A DNA stretch of 64,000 nucleotides from Fidelibacterota bacterium (GCA_018672235.1 JABHGE010000021.1:1-64000); one strand, 5' to 3'; shown: positions 52,177-61,397, counted from the first letter of the stretch. Notes: generated by a model not told the origin, from the sequence alone. A program made the numbers and translations.

Positions 52177-52998
52177 ATGAAAATTTTATTAACAACTATT
52201 ATTCTATTCAACCTTTTTTCTTGCCAAGAAAAAACTCCTATTCCCATAGAAAAAGAAGTTCAGGAGAAAATTGTTGCTGAAAAAAAATCAAATTCAAAAG
52301 AAGATTTATCTATATCTAATGGAATTGTTTTCAAGGATGCTCAGGGGAATATATTGTCTGAGTCACAAAAAGATAGTATAGTTGAAAATACAACGGTACA
52401 AGCGCTTAGACGTTTTGATGATGAATTAAATAATACGGAGTATATATTATTTGAAAATTATGAGGATTTACGTGGATTTGTAGCAGATGATGTGATTGAC
52501 AATCTTATCGAAGAATCAACGCTCATGAAGGCCGGTGGTAGAGGTGCTGTTATTACTAAAAGAGTAGTAGACCAGTGGAAAGATCAAAAACTACCCGATG
52601 GAGTCTTTACTATGTTAGACGGTTCAACAAAAACTTTTAAGGATTTTGAAGGCGAATTATTGGTAATCAATTTTTGGTATATCAACTGCGGTCCCTGTAT
52701 TGCAGAAATGCCATATTTAAATGATTTAGTCGAAACCTACAAAGATGAAAAAATAAAGTTCTTAGCATTAAGCTTTGATAGTATTCCAGATATTACCAAT
52801 TTTTTAAAAAGAACAGATTTTACATATATGCAAGCAGGTATCGATCGAGCATTTATGTATGATTTTACACCAGTCTCTCCAGCGCATTTTATCGTCGATA
52901 AGGGGGGTATTGTTCGTGATATATTAATTGGAGCACCTAGAAATACTTCAGAGATTTACAATCGCCTAGTTTCAGTTATCGAAAAAAATAAAAAATAA
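52177..52998 (+). CDS. TlpA-like disulfide reductase lipoprotein
   Basis: Lipobox LFSC; INFWYINCGPCIAEMP. Confidence 0.87.
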   Translation: MKILLTTIILFNLFSCQEKTPIPIEKEVQEKIVAEKKSNSKEDLSISNGIVFKDAQGNILSESQKDSIVENTTVQALRRFDDELNNTEYILFENYEDLRGFVADDVIDNLIEESTLMKAGGRGAVITKRVVDQWKDQKLPDGVFTMLDGSTKTFKDFEGELLVINFWYINCGPCIAEMPYLNDLVETYKDEKIKFLALSFDSIPDITNFLKRTDFTYMQAGIDRAFMYDFTPVSPAHFIVDKGGIVRDILIGAPRNTSEIYNRLVSVIEKNKK

Positions 52999-53034
52999 AT
53001 TCTTAATCACTCATTCATGTAGTAATTTTATAGC

Positions 53035-53835
53035 ATGAAGAGAATTCTTATTATCTTATTACTCATTTTTCCAACATTGTTACTGTCACAAACACATTTA
53101 GTAATACCTGGAAAAACATCTACAACAGTATCCTTTGGACGTGATCAAAATATAGATTTTTTTGGAGAAGGAAAGTTTGTTAGAAGTAGTTATGGAAATA
53201 AAATTAATGTTGGATATGTATACAAAGGTCTAGTCGGTTTAGACTTTTCATATGGATATTCGTATTTTGATCGTAAAGACACTTACACCTTTGACTTAAC
53301 AGGAGAGCAATCAAATCCAGATGGCGATCCTAAATTTAATTTTACTGAATCTTTCAGAAGCGATAATCCTAATGTTGGCGATAAGAGCTTTTCTCTTGGA
53401 GCTACCTATTACTTTGATCCCGCTGAATTTCAGCAGTTAAAAGTTGTAACTTTATCTTTAGGATTGAGATATAGCAGCTCAAACTTTAGTAGTTCTGTGC
53501 TCGATAGTCTAGATCAAGACTTCTACGGAAAATCTTATGCAATTGAGTTTGGTGTAAGTAAAGAATTCATGACTGATGCGAATTTTGTGATAATCCCAAG
53601 ACTAAATATTAATATGATTAATGAAAAAAATATCTATGACTCTTTATTAGAAGAAGACGGTACAACATCTTTTAACAGCTCTACTGTGTATACAGAATTA
53701 GCAGTACCATTTATTTTTGAACCTGGAGTTATTACAAATCAAAACTCAATTACAGAATTCTTTGTTGAACCAAGTATAGCCAACAAATATGGCACTACAC
53801 ATATTGGGATTAAGTTTGGTTTTCTATTTAACTAG
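53035..53835 (+). CDS. Probable outer-membrane beta-barrel protein
   Basis: Signal peptide, alternating beta-strands, C-terminal IGIKFGFLFN. Confidence 0.65.
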   Translation: MKRILIILLLIFPTLLLSQTHLVIPGKTSTTVSFGRDQNIDFFGEGKFVRSSYGNKINVGYVYKGLVGLDFSYGYSYFDRKDTYTFDLTGEQSNPDGDPKFNFTESFRSDNPNVGDKSFSLGATYYFDPAEFQQLKVVTLSLGLRYSSSNFSSSVLDSLDQDFYGKSYAIEFGVSKEFMTDANFVIIPRLNINMINEKNIYDSLLEEDGTTSFNSSTVYTELAVPFIFEPGVITNQNSITEFFVEPSIANKYGTTHIGIKFGFLFN

Positions 53836-53849
53836 TCTTTAAGGTTGCT

Positions 53850-54938
53850 TTGACGACTCAATTTAATATTCATAAAGATATATCTAAAGCTGAAACACTT
53901 CCATCATCTTTTTACAAAAGCCAAGATGTCTTTGATCAAGTAAGAGAAAATATTTTTTTAAAATCATGGCAATGGCTTGGAGATAATTCTTCTCTAAAAT
54001 TAACAAATTCGATTCAACCCCTTACTTTGTTAGATGGATTTTTAACAGAGCCTATACTTCTTACAAGGGATAAAGAGGGTAGTATCAATTGTATGACAAA
54101 TGTTTGCACTCATAGAGGGCATATTTTAGCCCTAGGTCCTGGCAAATCAAAAAATATTACATGCGCATATCATGGGAGGTCGTTTGATTTAAATGGAAAT
54201 TTTAAATCAATGCCAGAGTTTAAAGAAGCAAAAGACTTTCCACGAGAATGTGATAATTTATATAAGTTTCCTCTAGGAGAGTGGGGCCCATTTCTATTTG
54301 CGGGTCTAAATCCTTCTTTTGATTTTAAAGAAGTACTTGCTCCAATCAATGAAAGAATTGGATTCTTACCGTTAGAGCAATTTTCGTTTGATGCTAGTAT
54401 GTCTAAGGACTATTTAATACAAGCGCACTGGGCATTATATTGCGATAATTACCTAGAAGGCTTTCATATTCCTTTTGTTCATGAAGGATTAAATAAAGTA
54501 TTAGACTATGGCAACTATACTACTGAATTACATAAATATTCTAGTTTACAAGTTGGATACTCAGATAAATCAAATGAAACATTCAACCTACCAAAAGACC
54601 ATATTGACTATGGAAAGCAAGTAGCTGCATATTACTACTGGGTTTTCCCAAATATGATGTTCAATTTTTATCCATGGGGATTATCGGTAAATATTGTCAA
54701 GCCAATTAGTACCAATCGTACAAAAGTTTCTTTTCTTACTTACGTATATGATCCTAGTAAACTTCATAAGGGAGCCGGGAATGATATTGATAAAGTTGAA
54801 AGGGAAGATGAATTTATTGTAGAGAATGAAAGTAAAGGTATTCAGTCTTCATTCTATCAATCTGGAAGATTTTCTCCCACTAGAGAAAAAGGCGTCCATC
54901 ATTTCCAAAGACTAATTGCTCAATTTTTAGATAAATAA
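53850..54938 (+). CDS. Rieske non-heme iron oxygenase alpha subunit (choline monooxygenase-like)
   Basis: CTHRG...CAYHG Rieske motif; NYLEGFHIPFVH mononuclear Fe site. Confidence 0.87.
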   Translation: MTTQFNIHKDISKAETLPSSFYKSQDVFDQVRENIFLKSWQWLGDNSSLKLTNSIQPLTLLDGFLTEPILLTRDKEGSINCMTNVCTHRGHILALGPGKSKNITCAYHGRSFDLNGNFKSMPEFKEAKDFPRECDNLYKFPLGEWGPFLFAGLNPSFDFKEVLAPINERIGFLPLEQFSFDASMSKDYLIQAHWALYCDNYLEGFHIPFVHEGLNKVLDYGNYTTELHKYSSLQVGYSDKSNETFNLPKDHIDYGKQVAAYYYWVFPNMMFNFYPWGLSVNIVKPISTNRTKVSFLTYVYDPSKLHKGAGNDIDKVEREDEFIVENESKGIQSSFYQSGRFSPTREKGVHHFQRLIAQFLDK

Positions 54939-54975
54939 TCTAAAGTTATAATTTTTTGATTGATTAAAAAGATAA

Positions 54976-55072
54976 AGGGCGAGAGATGAATGTTCAGAGT
55001 TTGAAGGTACAAATAATGTAATATCTAACGTTTTGAACTAATCAAGGATTTCCCCCGCCCTAACTAACTTTC
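54976..55072. ncRNA. Candidate structured small RNA (strand uncertain)
   Basis: AGGGCGAGAGA / TCCCCCGCCCT outer stem and GTTCAGAG..TGA / TCT..TTTTGAAC inner stem; shares TTTCCCCCGC..AACTTTC with 21762-21783. Confidence 0.5.
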
Positions 55073-55118
55073 ATATTGACATAAAGAATATAGTATACTT
55101 TTATTTAAAAAAACAACA

Positions 55119-55138
55119 AAAACCGACTGGTCGGTTTA
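55119..55138. promoter_or_regulatory. Palindrome AAACCGAC-TG-GTCGGTTT: TetR-like operator and/or tRNA-Glu terminator
   Basis: Perfect 8-bp inverted repeat; 17/20 match to the etfB upstream site; followed by a T-rich tract on the minus strand. Confidence 0.6.
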
Positions 55139-55190
55139 TTAATTGTTTTAATGACTACAATTAGCAATTATAAAGGGAGATAAAAAGGTG

Positions 55191-55262
55191 TAGCCCGTAG
55201 GAGGATCGAACTCCTATTGCATGGATGAAAACCATGAGTCCTAACCATTAGACGAACGGGCC
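55191..55262 (-). tRNA. tRNA-Glu(TTC)
   Basis: GGCCCGT/ACGGGCT acceptor stem, CATGG-TTTTCAT-CCATG anticodon arm, GTTCGAT T-loop. Confidence 0.96.
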
Positions 55263-55317
55263 AAAAACGTAGCAAAATATAGAGCTAAGATATTATTTTT
55301 ACAATAGCCTTTCTTTA

Positions 55318-55629
55318 TTAGGCATTTACATCTAAAGCATCTAATAGCTGACCATTCTCATGCATATCTACTGCAATGTCACAACCGCCAAGCAATTTAC
55401 CCTTAACAAATAATTGAGGGAATGTAGGCCATCCTGATAGTTCTGATAATGCTACTTTCATATCTGGATTTTCCAAGATATTTACATCCTGAAATTCAAC
55501 TCCATAATGATTAAGCAAATTCACAACAGTTTTGGAAAAACCACACTGAGGCATGTCTTTAGTTCCTTTTAAAAATAAGACAATTGCGTTTTCAGCTATA
55601 ATTTTTTTGAATTCTTCTTTAAAGTTCAT
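55318..55629 (-). CDS. grxD: Monothiol glutaredoxin Grx4
   Basis: KGT..MPQCGFS, WPTFPQLF, GGCD. Confidence 0.95.
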   Translation of the reverse strand: MNFKEEFKKIIAENAIVLFLKGTKDMPQCGFSKTVVNLLNHYGVEFQDVNILENPDMKVALSELSGWPTFPQLFVKGKLLGGCDIAVDMHENGQLLDALDVNA

Positions 55630-55677
55630 AGTTTAATTTATTAATTAAATTTTAAAATTAAAGAGGTAAAAAATAAA

Positions 55678-56448
55678 ATGAGAATATTCTCTTGGAATGT
55701 TAATGGTGTAAGAGCAATCGAGAAAAAAGGAATGTTAGATTGGGTAGATGCTACCTCTCCTGATATCCTATGTATTCAAGAAACAAAAGCTCATTTTGAA
55801 CAATTACCTGATAGCCTACAGAATATAGAAGGATATCATGGATATTGGCATTCTGGAGAAAAAAAAGGATATAGTGGCGTAGCTACTTTTTCAAAACAAG
55901 AACCTTTACATGTTCAATATGGTCTTGGTATTGAAAAGTATGATAGAGAAGGAAGAGTCTTAATTACAGAGTTTGAAGATTTTTTATTGTACAATATTTA
56001 TTTTCCAAATGGACAAAAAGACGAGCATCGCTTACAATATAAATTAGATTTTTATGATGACTTGTTAGAAATTTTAAATGAACAGGTAGCTTCTGGAGTA
56101 AATGTCCTGGTGGGCGGAGATTGGAATACAGCTCATCAAGCCATTGATTTAGCTAACCCAAAAGCTAATAAAAATAATTCTGGATTTATGGCAGTCGAAA
56201 GAGCTCAAATTGATACTTATATTGAAAATGGATATGTAGATACTTTTAGATTATTTCACGATGAGCCAGATCGTTACTCTTGGTGGACATATCGATTTGG
56301 TGCTCGCCAACGTAATATTGGTTGGAGGATAGATGGATTTTTTACTAATGAAGAATTTATAGAAAGCATTACAGACGCAGAAATACATGAAGACGTGATG
56401 GGATCAGATCATTGCCCAGTATCAATTGAGTTAATTGACAATTTCTAA
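55678..56448 (+). CDS. xth: Exodeoxyribonuclease III
   Basis: SWNVNG, QETK, GYSGVA, YFPNG, GWRID, GSDHCP. Confidence 0.96.
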   Translation: MRIFSWNVNGVRAIEKKGMLDWVDATSPDILCIQETKAHFEQLPDSLQNIEGYHGYWHSGEKKGYSGVATFSKQEPLHVQYGLGIEKYDREGRVLITEFEDFLLYNIYFPNGQKDEHRLQYKLDFYDDLLEILNEQVASGVNVLVGGDWNTAHQAIDLANPKANKNNSGFMAVERAQIDTYIENGYVDTFRLFHDEPDRYSWWTYRFGARQRNIGWRIDGFFTNEEFIESITDAEIHEDVMGSDHCPVSIELIDNF

Positions 56449-57180
56449 AATAGAAAAATATAGACTAGATGTATGCCCAACTCTTTCTCCGTTTAAGCTA
56501 TCAGGAAATTGAAATACAATTGAGTCTTTAATAGTATTATCGTATGGATCAAAATCATATTTTTTAAATTGGGAATCAAACTCTTTTAGATTTCTCCATT
56601 GGACGTGCTTGTTAGTAAATCCATTTTCAAATTCATTATCCAAACTGTTGATAGTTTCAGAGCAACGCTTATTAAATATTGACTCATAAGCTCTAACAAA
56701 GAAAGGAACCTTTTCACGTTCATAGTATACGGGAGTAGCCACGGTATTGAACGTAATTTTATCATTATAAGCAAAGGACTGATTGGTGAACATTACGACA
56801 CTGCCACCCATGCTATGGCCAATAACTTGCCAATCATCAACCTCTGGATGCTGTGTGATTAAATTTTGTAATTCAACTGAAAATTCTTGAGATACTTTGC
56901 TGGGGCAATCATTCCAGTCATATTTATAGAAAAATGTTGATATATCTTCTTTAATTAAAAAATTAAATGGCTGTACCCATTCATGATGAATTTGAACCCA
57001 ATAGATTGGATAGAATCCATGTACCCCTACTATTGCTTTAGTCCGATCATTTTCATGAATAATATTCATCCCATTAGGAATCTTTTTAAGATCTTTATAT
57101 GAATCAAATTTATCTTGAGCAGTAGATGTGCTAAAGAATAAAGATAAAATAATTAGAATAATTAGTCTTTGATTTCTCAT
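56431..57180 (-). CDS. Secreted alpha/beta hydrolase
   Basis: Signal peptide, VHG oxyanion motif, GHSMGG nucleophile elbow, C-terminal GH. Confidence 0.7.
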   Translation of the reverse strand: MRNQRLIILIILSLFFSTSTAQDKFDSYKDLKKIPNGMNIIHENDRTKAIVGVHGFYPIYWVQIHHEWVQPFNFLIKEDISTFFYKYDWNDCPSKVSQEFSVELQNLITQHPEVDDWQVIGHSMGGSVVMFTNQSFAYNDKITFNTVATPVYYEREKVPFFVRAYESIFNKRCSETINSLDNEFENGFTNKHVQWRNLKEFDSQFKKYDFDPYDNTIKDSIVFQFPDSLNGERVGHTSSLYFSILEIVN

Positions 57181-57203
57181 TGTATAATATTGAAATTGCT
57201 AAA

Positions 57204-57629
57204 ATGAGCGCTAAGATACAATTAGTAAAAACAGAAGCAGATTATAGCATTGTTCTTGATATTAGAAGAACTGTATTTATCGAGGAGCAAAATGTTCCAG
57301 AAAGCTTAGAAATTGAGAATGAAGATGAATCATTCCACGTACTGGCTTTGAAAAATAATTTTCCAGTCGGAACTGGAAGATGGAGAAAAACTGATAAAGG
57401 ATATAAGCTAGAACGCTTTGCAGTATTAAAAGAATTCAGAAGTAAGGGTTTTGGTAGAGAGATTGTAAAGTTTGTTTTATCTCAGATTCCACCTGACACT
57501 ATGATATATTTACATGCACAAGAAAGTGTTATAAAATTTTATAAAGATTTAGGATTTACAATTATTGGCAGTACATTTATTGAAGCTGACATAGTGCATG
57601 CAAAAATGGTTTATAAAACAGTATTATAG
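57204..57629 (+). CDS. GNAT acetyltransferase (ElaA/YjcF-like)
   Basis: IRRTVFIEEQNVP, RSKGFG, LHAQ, FYKDLGF. Confidence 0.88.
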   Translation: MSAKIQLVKTEADYSIVLDIRRTVFIEEQNVPESLEIENEDESFHVLALKNNFPVGTGRWRKTDKGYKLERFAVLKEFRSKGFGREIVKFVLSQIPPDTMIYLHAQESVIKFYKDLGFTIIGSTFIEADIVHAKMVYKTVL

Positions 57630-57639
57630 TGTATAAAAA

Positions 57640-59475
57640 ATGAATCAATCTTCACATATTCGTCTATTCAAAATCATATTAACCTATTGGCCTTTATTAA
57701 TTGCCTCTAGTATAGCAGCCATTATTTTTGTCTTATTTAATAGTGCCTCTATTTGGATAACGGCAACAATGATTAATAACGTATTAATTGATTTCAATGC
57801 TCTGGATGCAGAAAACAGTCGATTGTTGGCATTAGAAAGCTTGTCTGCAAATGAAAAATTAAAATTATTCTCAAATAACTTACTTCTAAAGAAAACAGCA
57901 ATTGATACAGTTTCAGCTGTTTGCGTTGCCTTGATAGCAGTATTTACATTTAAAAATATTGCACTATATATCAAGAATATTACCCTATCTATTATTCAGT
58001 TTAAGCTTATCAGAGATCTCAGAAATAAGTTATATGAACATCTCCACTACTTATCTCTGTCTTATTTTAATAAAAATAAGTCGGGTAAACTGACATCTGT
58101 CCTTGTTAGCGATATTGATAATATGAAAAATTCATTATCTACTAGTTTTCAGAAATTATTTGTAGAGCCTATCAATATTTTAACATTTTTAATATTGCTT
58201 TTTATCATCAGTCCAAAATTAGCTAGTATTGCAATAACAGTTGTTCCTTTGAGTGGTGTTATTATTTTTGGTATTGCGAGGAGTATTAGAAGGCGCGCAG
58301 CAAGAACCCAAGAACAATTAGCAGGGATTACCTCTGTTATAGCTGAAACTCTAGGTTCAATAAGAATTGTTAACGCATTTGCTATGAAAGCATATGAAGT
58401 AAAGCGATTCTCTAGTGAGACACAAAAATATTATAAATTAATGCTTAGAAAAGATATTCTAAGATTAGTCTCATCTCCTGTATCAGAAATTGTGGGAGCA
58501 TCGATTGCAGCATTATTATTATGGGTAGGAGCGCGCGATGTTTTATTGGCTCAGTCTATTACTTCAGAAGATTTTATACGATTTATCCTATTATTATTCA
58601 GCTTATTTGGACCAATGAAAAATCTTAGTAATGTATTTAATGAGTTGCAGAATGGATTAGCATCTGCTGACAGAGTCTTTTCTATTCTAGATGTTAAATC
58701 TGATATTACGAATGCTCCAAGTGCCTTACATATTGATAGCTTAAAAAAAGATATTGTGTTCAAGGATGTAAGTTTCCATTACGGTAATAAAGATGAAGAG
58801 GTATTAAGCAATATCAACCTTTCTATTAAGTCAGGTGAAATTATAGCACTTGTTGGCCCTAGTGGTGGAGGAAAATCTACTTTAGTAGATTTAATGCCTA
58901 GATTTTATGACACTATCAAGGGATCAATTTCTATAGATAACAATAATATTAAAGATATTGATATTACTTCATTGAGATCATTAATGGGAATTGTCACACA
59001 AGAAACATTCTTATTTAATGATACTGTAAAAGCTAATATTTCCTATGGAGTAGAATCGATTGGATATGACACGATTAAAGCGGCTGCAGTTGCAGCAAAT
59101 GCACATGATTTTATTGAGAAACTTCCTGATGGTTATGACACTGTTATTGGAGAAAGAGGTGTTTCATTATCAGGAGGACAAAGACAACGTGTTGCTATTG
59201 CACGTGCGCTAGTCAAGAACCCACCAATCTTAATTTTAGATGAAGCAACATCTTCATTGGATACAGAATCAGAGAAAAAGGTACAGCAAGCTATTGAAAA
59301 ATTAATGCGTAATCGTACGGTTATTGTAATAGCACATAGGCTCTCTACTGTCCATAATGCAGATAAGATTATTGTCCTTGATAAAGGGAAAATTGTTGAT
59401 CAAGGTAGTCATCAAGAGCTAATTAATAGAGACGGTATATATAAACAATTATACAATATGCAATTTCAAACTTAA
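57640..59475 (+). CDS. MsbA-like ABC transporter
   Basis: Fused TMD-NBD; GPSGGGKST, LSGGQRQR, LILDEATS. Confidence 0.9.
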   Translation: MNQSSHIRLFKIILTYWPLLIASSIAAIIFVLFNSASIWITATMINNVLIDFNALDAENSRLLALESLSANEKLKLFSNNLLLKKTAIDTVSAVCVALIAVFTFKNIALYIKNITLSIIQFKLIRDLRNKLYEHLHYLSLSYFNKNKSGKLTSVLVSDIDNMKNSLSTSFQKLFVEPINILTFLILLFIISPKLASIAITVVPLSGVIIFGIARSIRRRAARTQEQLAGITSVIAETLGSIRIVNAFAMKAYEVKRFSSETQKYYKLMLRKDILRLVSSPVSEIVGASIAALLLWVGARDVLLAQSITSEDFIRFILLLFSLFGPMKNLSNVFNELQNGLASADRVFSILDVKSDITNAPSALHIDSLKKDIVFKDVSFHYGNKDEEVLSNINLSIKSGEIIALVGPSGGGKSTLVDLMPRFYDTIKGSISIDNNNIKDIDITSLRSLMGIVTQETFLFNDTVKANISYGVESIGYDTIKAAAVAANAHDFIEKLPDGYDTVIGERGVSLSGGQRQRVAIARALVKNPPILILDEATSSLDTESEKKVQQAIEKLMRNRTVIVIAHRLSTVHNADKIIVLDKGKIVDQGSHQELINRDGIYKQLYNMQFQT

Positions 59476-59489
59476 ATTGAGGCACTATT

Positions 59490-60755
59490 ATGGGGAAATT
59501 AAAAGAAAATTTAGCAAAAAAAATACCTGACTGGCGATATAACTATCGACAGCTTCTTGATGAAAAAGGTGACCATGTCACGAGTACAGTCACTATAGAA
59601 AAAGCTTTTTCTGGTATGCGAGGAGTAAAAGGAATGATATGTGATACTTCATCTGTTACAGCAGATGCTGGATTACATGTTAGAGGTCATCATATACTTG
59701 ATCTGGTTCATATTAAACCAGAAGAAGTTCTTTATTTAATGCTTATTGGAGAATTGCCTAATAAGGAAGAATTAGCAGATCTACAAAAATGTTTACACTC
59801 TAGAAGTGAAGTACCACAGTATGTTTGGGATGTATTAAATAGCATGCCAAAAGATTCACATCCTATGGCAATGTTTAATACTGCAATTTTAACTATGCAG
59901 AAGGAAAGTAAATTTGCATCAGCTTACGATTTAGTAGTTTCAAAAAATGACTATTGGGAAACTACTCTTGAAGATGGTTTAAATATTATTGCAAAGCTTC
60001 CCGCTATTGCAGCAGGAATCTATCGATTAAGATTTGATAAAGGCGAAAGATTAGAGCATGCAGGCTCTGAAGATTGGTCTGAAAGTTTCTTGCAAATGAT
60101 GGGATTTGAAGAGTCTGAAGATAGACTAAAAATGATGCAACTCTATTTAATGTTGCACTGCGATCATGAAGGCGGCAATGTCAGCACGTTTAGCGCACTG
60201 ACAGTTAATTCCGCTTTGTCTGATCCTTACTATTCTTTATCTGCAGGCCTTAATGGCTTAGCGGGTCCTTTGCATGGATTGGCAAATCAAAATAATTTGA
60301 AATTTGTATTAGATATTGTAAATCATTTTAAGGGAGTGCCAAGCGATAAAGATTTAAAGGCATTTGCTTGGGATCGATTAAACTCAGGAAAAGTAATCCC
60401 TGGATATGGCCATGCCGTATTGAGATGTCCTGATCCAAGATTTACAGCATTTATGGGATTTGGTAAAGATCATATCAATGACAGTGAAGTTTTTGAGGTG
60501 GTAACCAAATTATTTGATATCATTCCTGATGTATTAAAAGAGCATGGAAAAGCTAAAAATCCATGGCCAAATGTTGATGCCGCTTCTGGATCATTATTAC
60601 ATTACTACGGATTAAAAGAATTTGAATTCTATACTGTTTTATTCAGCATGTCCAGATCATTGGGTATTGTATCACAGCTGGTATTAAGTCGTGCAATGGG
60701 ACTTCCATTAACACGACCAAAGTCTTTGACCTTTGATGCTTTAAATCAGCTATAA
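59490..60755 (+). CDS. gltA: Citrate (Si)-synthase, eukaryote-like type
   Basis: GMRGVK, DHEGGNVS, LNGLAGPLHGLANQ, PGYGHAVLR, NPWPNVDA. Confidence 0.93.
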   Translation: MGKLKENLAKKIPDWRYNYRQLLDEKGDHVTSTVTIEKAFSGMRGVKGMICDTSSVTADAGLHVRGHHILDLVHIKPEEVLYLMLIGELPNKEELADLQKCLHSRSEVPQYVWDVLNSMPKDSHPMAMFNTAILTMQKESKFASAYDLVVSKNDYWETTLEDGLNIIAKLPAIAAGIYRLRFDKGERLEHAGSEDWSESFLQMMGFEESEDRLKMMQLYLMLHCDHEGGNVSTFSALTVNSALSDPYYSLSAGLNGLAGPLHGLANQNNLKFVLDIVNHFKGVPSDKDLKAFAWDRLNSGKVIPGYGHAVLRCPDPRFTAFMGFGKDHINDSEVFEVVTKLFDIIPDVLKEHGKAKNPWPNVDAASGSLLHYYGLKEFEFYTVLFSMSRSLGIVSQLVLSRAMGLPLTRPKSLTFDALNQL

Positions 60756-60761
60756 GCATTA

Positions 60762-61397
60762 ATGCTAAAAAAGGATAAAGTTCATTTTATTATAAATCAT
60801 CTTGATAAAATCTACCCTGAGGTTTCAGCGCCTTTAAAACATTCCAATCATTATACGTTATTAATTGCAGTCTTATTATCAGCAAATACAACCGATAAAT
60901 CAGTAAATAAAGTAACCCCAACTCTATTCAGTAAAGCAAATACGCCGCAACAAATGATCACATTAGATTATGATACTATTTATAATATTATTAGGCCATG
61001 CGGGTTAGGTCCAGCTAAGTCAAAAGCAATTTTAGGATTATCCCATATGTTGGTTGATCAATATAACGGAAGAGTTCCTAAAGATTTTGCAGCGTTGGAG
61101 TCTTTCCCGGGCGTAGGTCATAAAACTGCTTCTGTTGTAATGTCTCAAGCATTTGATGTTCCTGCATTTGCTGTTGACACACATGTACATCGATTAATGT
61201 ACAGGTGGGGGTTATCTTCAGGTAAGAACGTTAAACAAACAGAAAAAGACGCAAAGAGACTATTCCCAAAAAATAAATGGAGTAAGCTTCATCTTCAAAT
61301 TATATTCTATGGCAGAGATTATTGTACTGCTAAAAATTTTAATCCAGAAAAATGTCCAATCACTTCAGTAGTTGGAAGAAGGTCTTTATTTAGATAA
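60762..61397 (+). CDS. nth: Endonuclease III (Fe-S motif degenerate)
   Basis: LLIAVLLSA, HhH motif FPGVGHKTA, VDTHV. Confidence 0.92.
   Translation: MLKKDKVHFIINHLDKIYPEVSAPLKHSNHYTLLIAVLLSANTTDKSVNKVTPTLFSKANTPQQMITLDYDTIYNIIRPCGLGPAKSKAILGLSHMLVDQYNGRVPKDFAALESFPGVGHKTASVVMSQAFDVPAFAVDTHVHRLMYRWGLSSGKNVKQTEKDAKRLFPKNKWSKLHLQIIFYGRDYCTAKNFNPEKCPITSVVGRRSLFR

Noticed and set aside
54960..55140. SRP RNA, tmRNA or a known riboswitch
   Set aside because: No SRP GGAA-loop motif, tRNA-like ends or recognisable aptamer consensus; 6S RNA cannot be excluded without Infernal
40580..55190. Prophage or integrative element between tRNA-Pro and tRNA-Glu
   Set aside because: Contains core genes (lgt, dcd, yidD); no integrase, phage genes or att duplication seen
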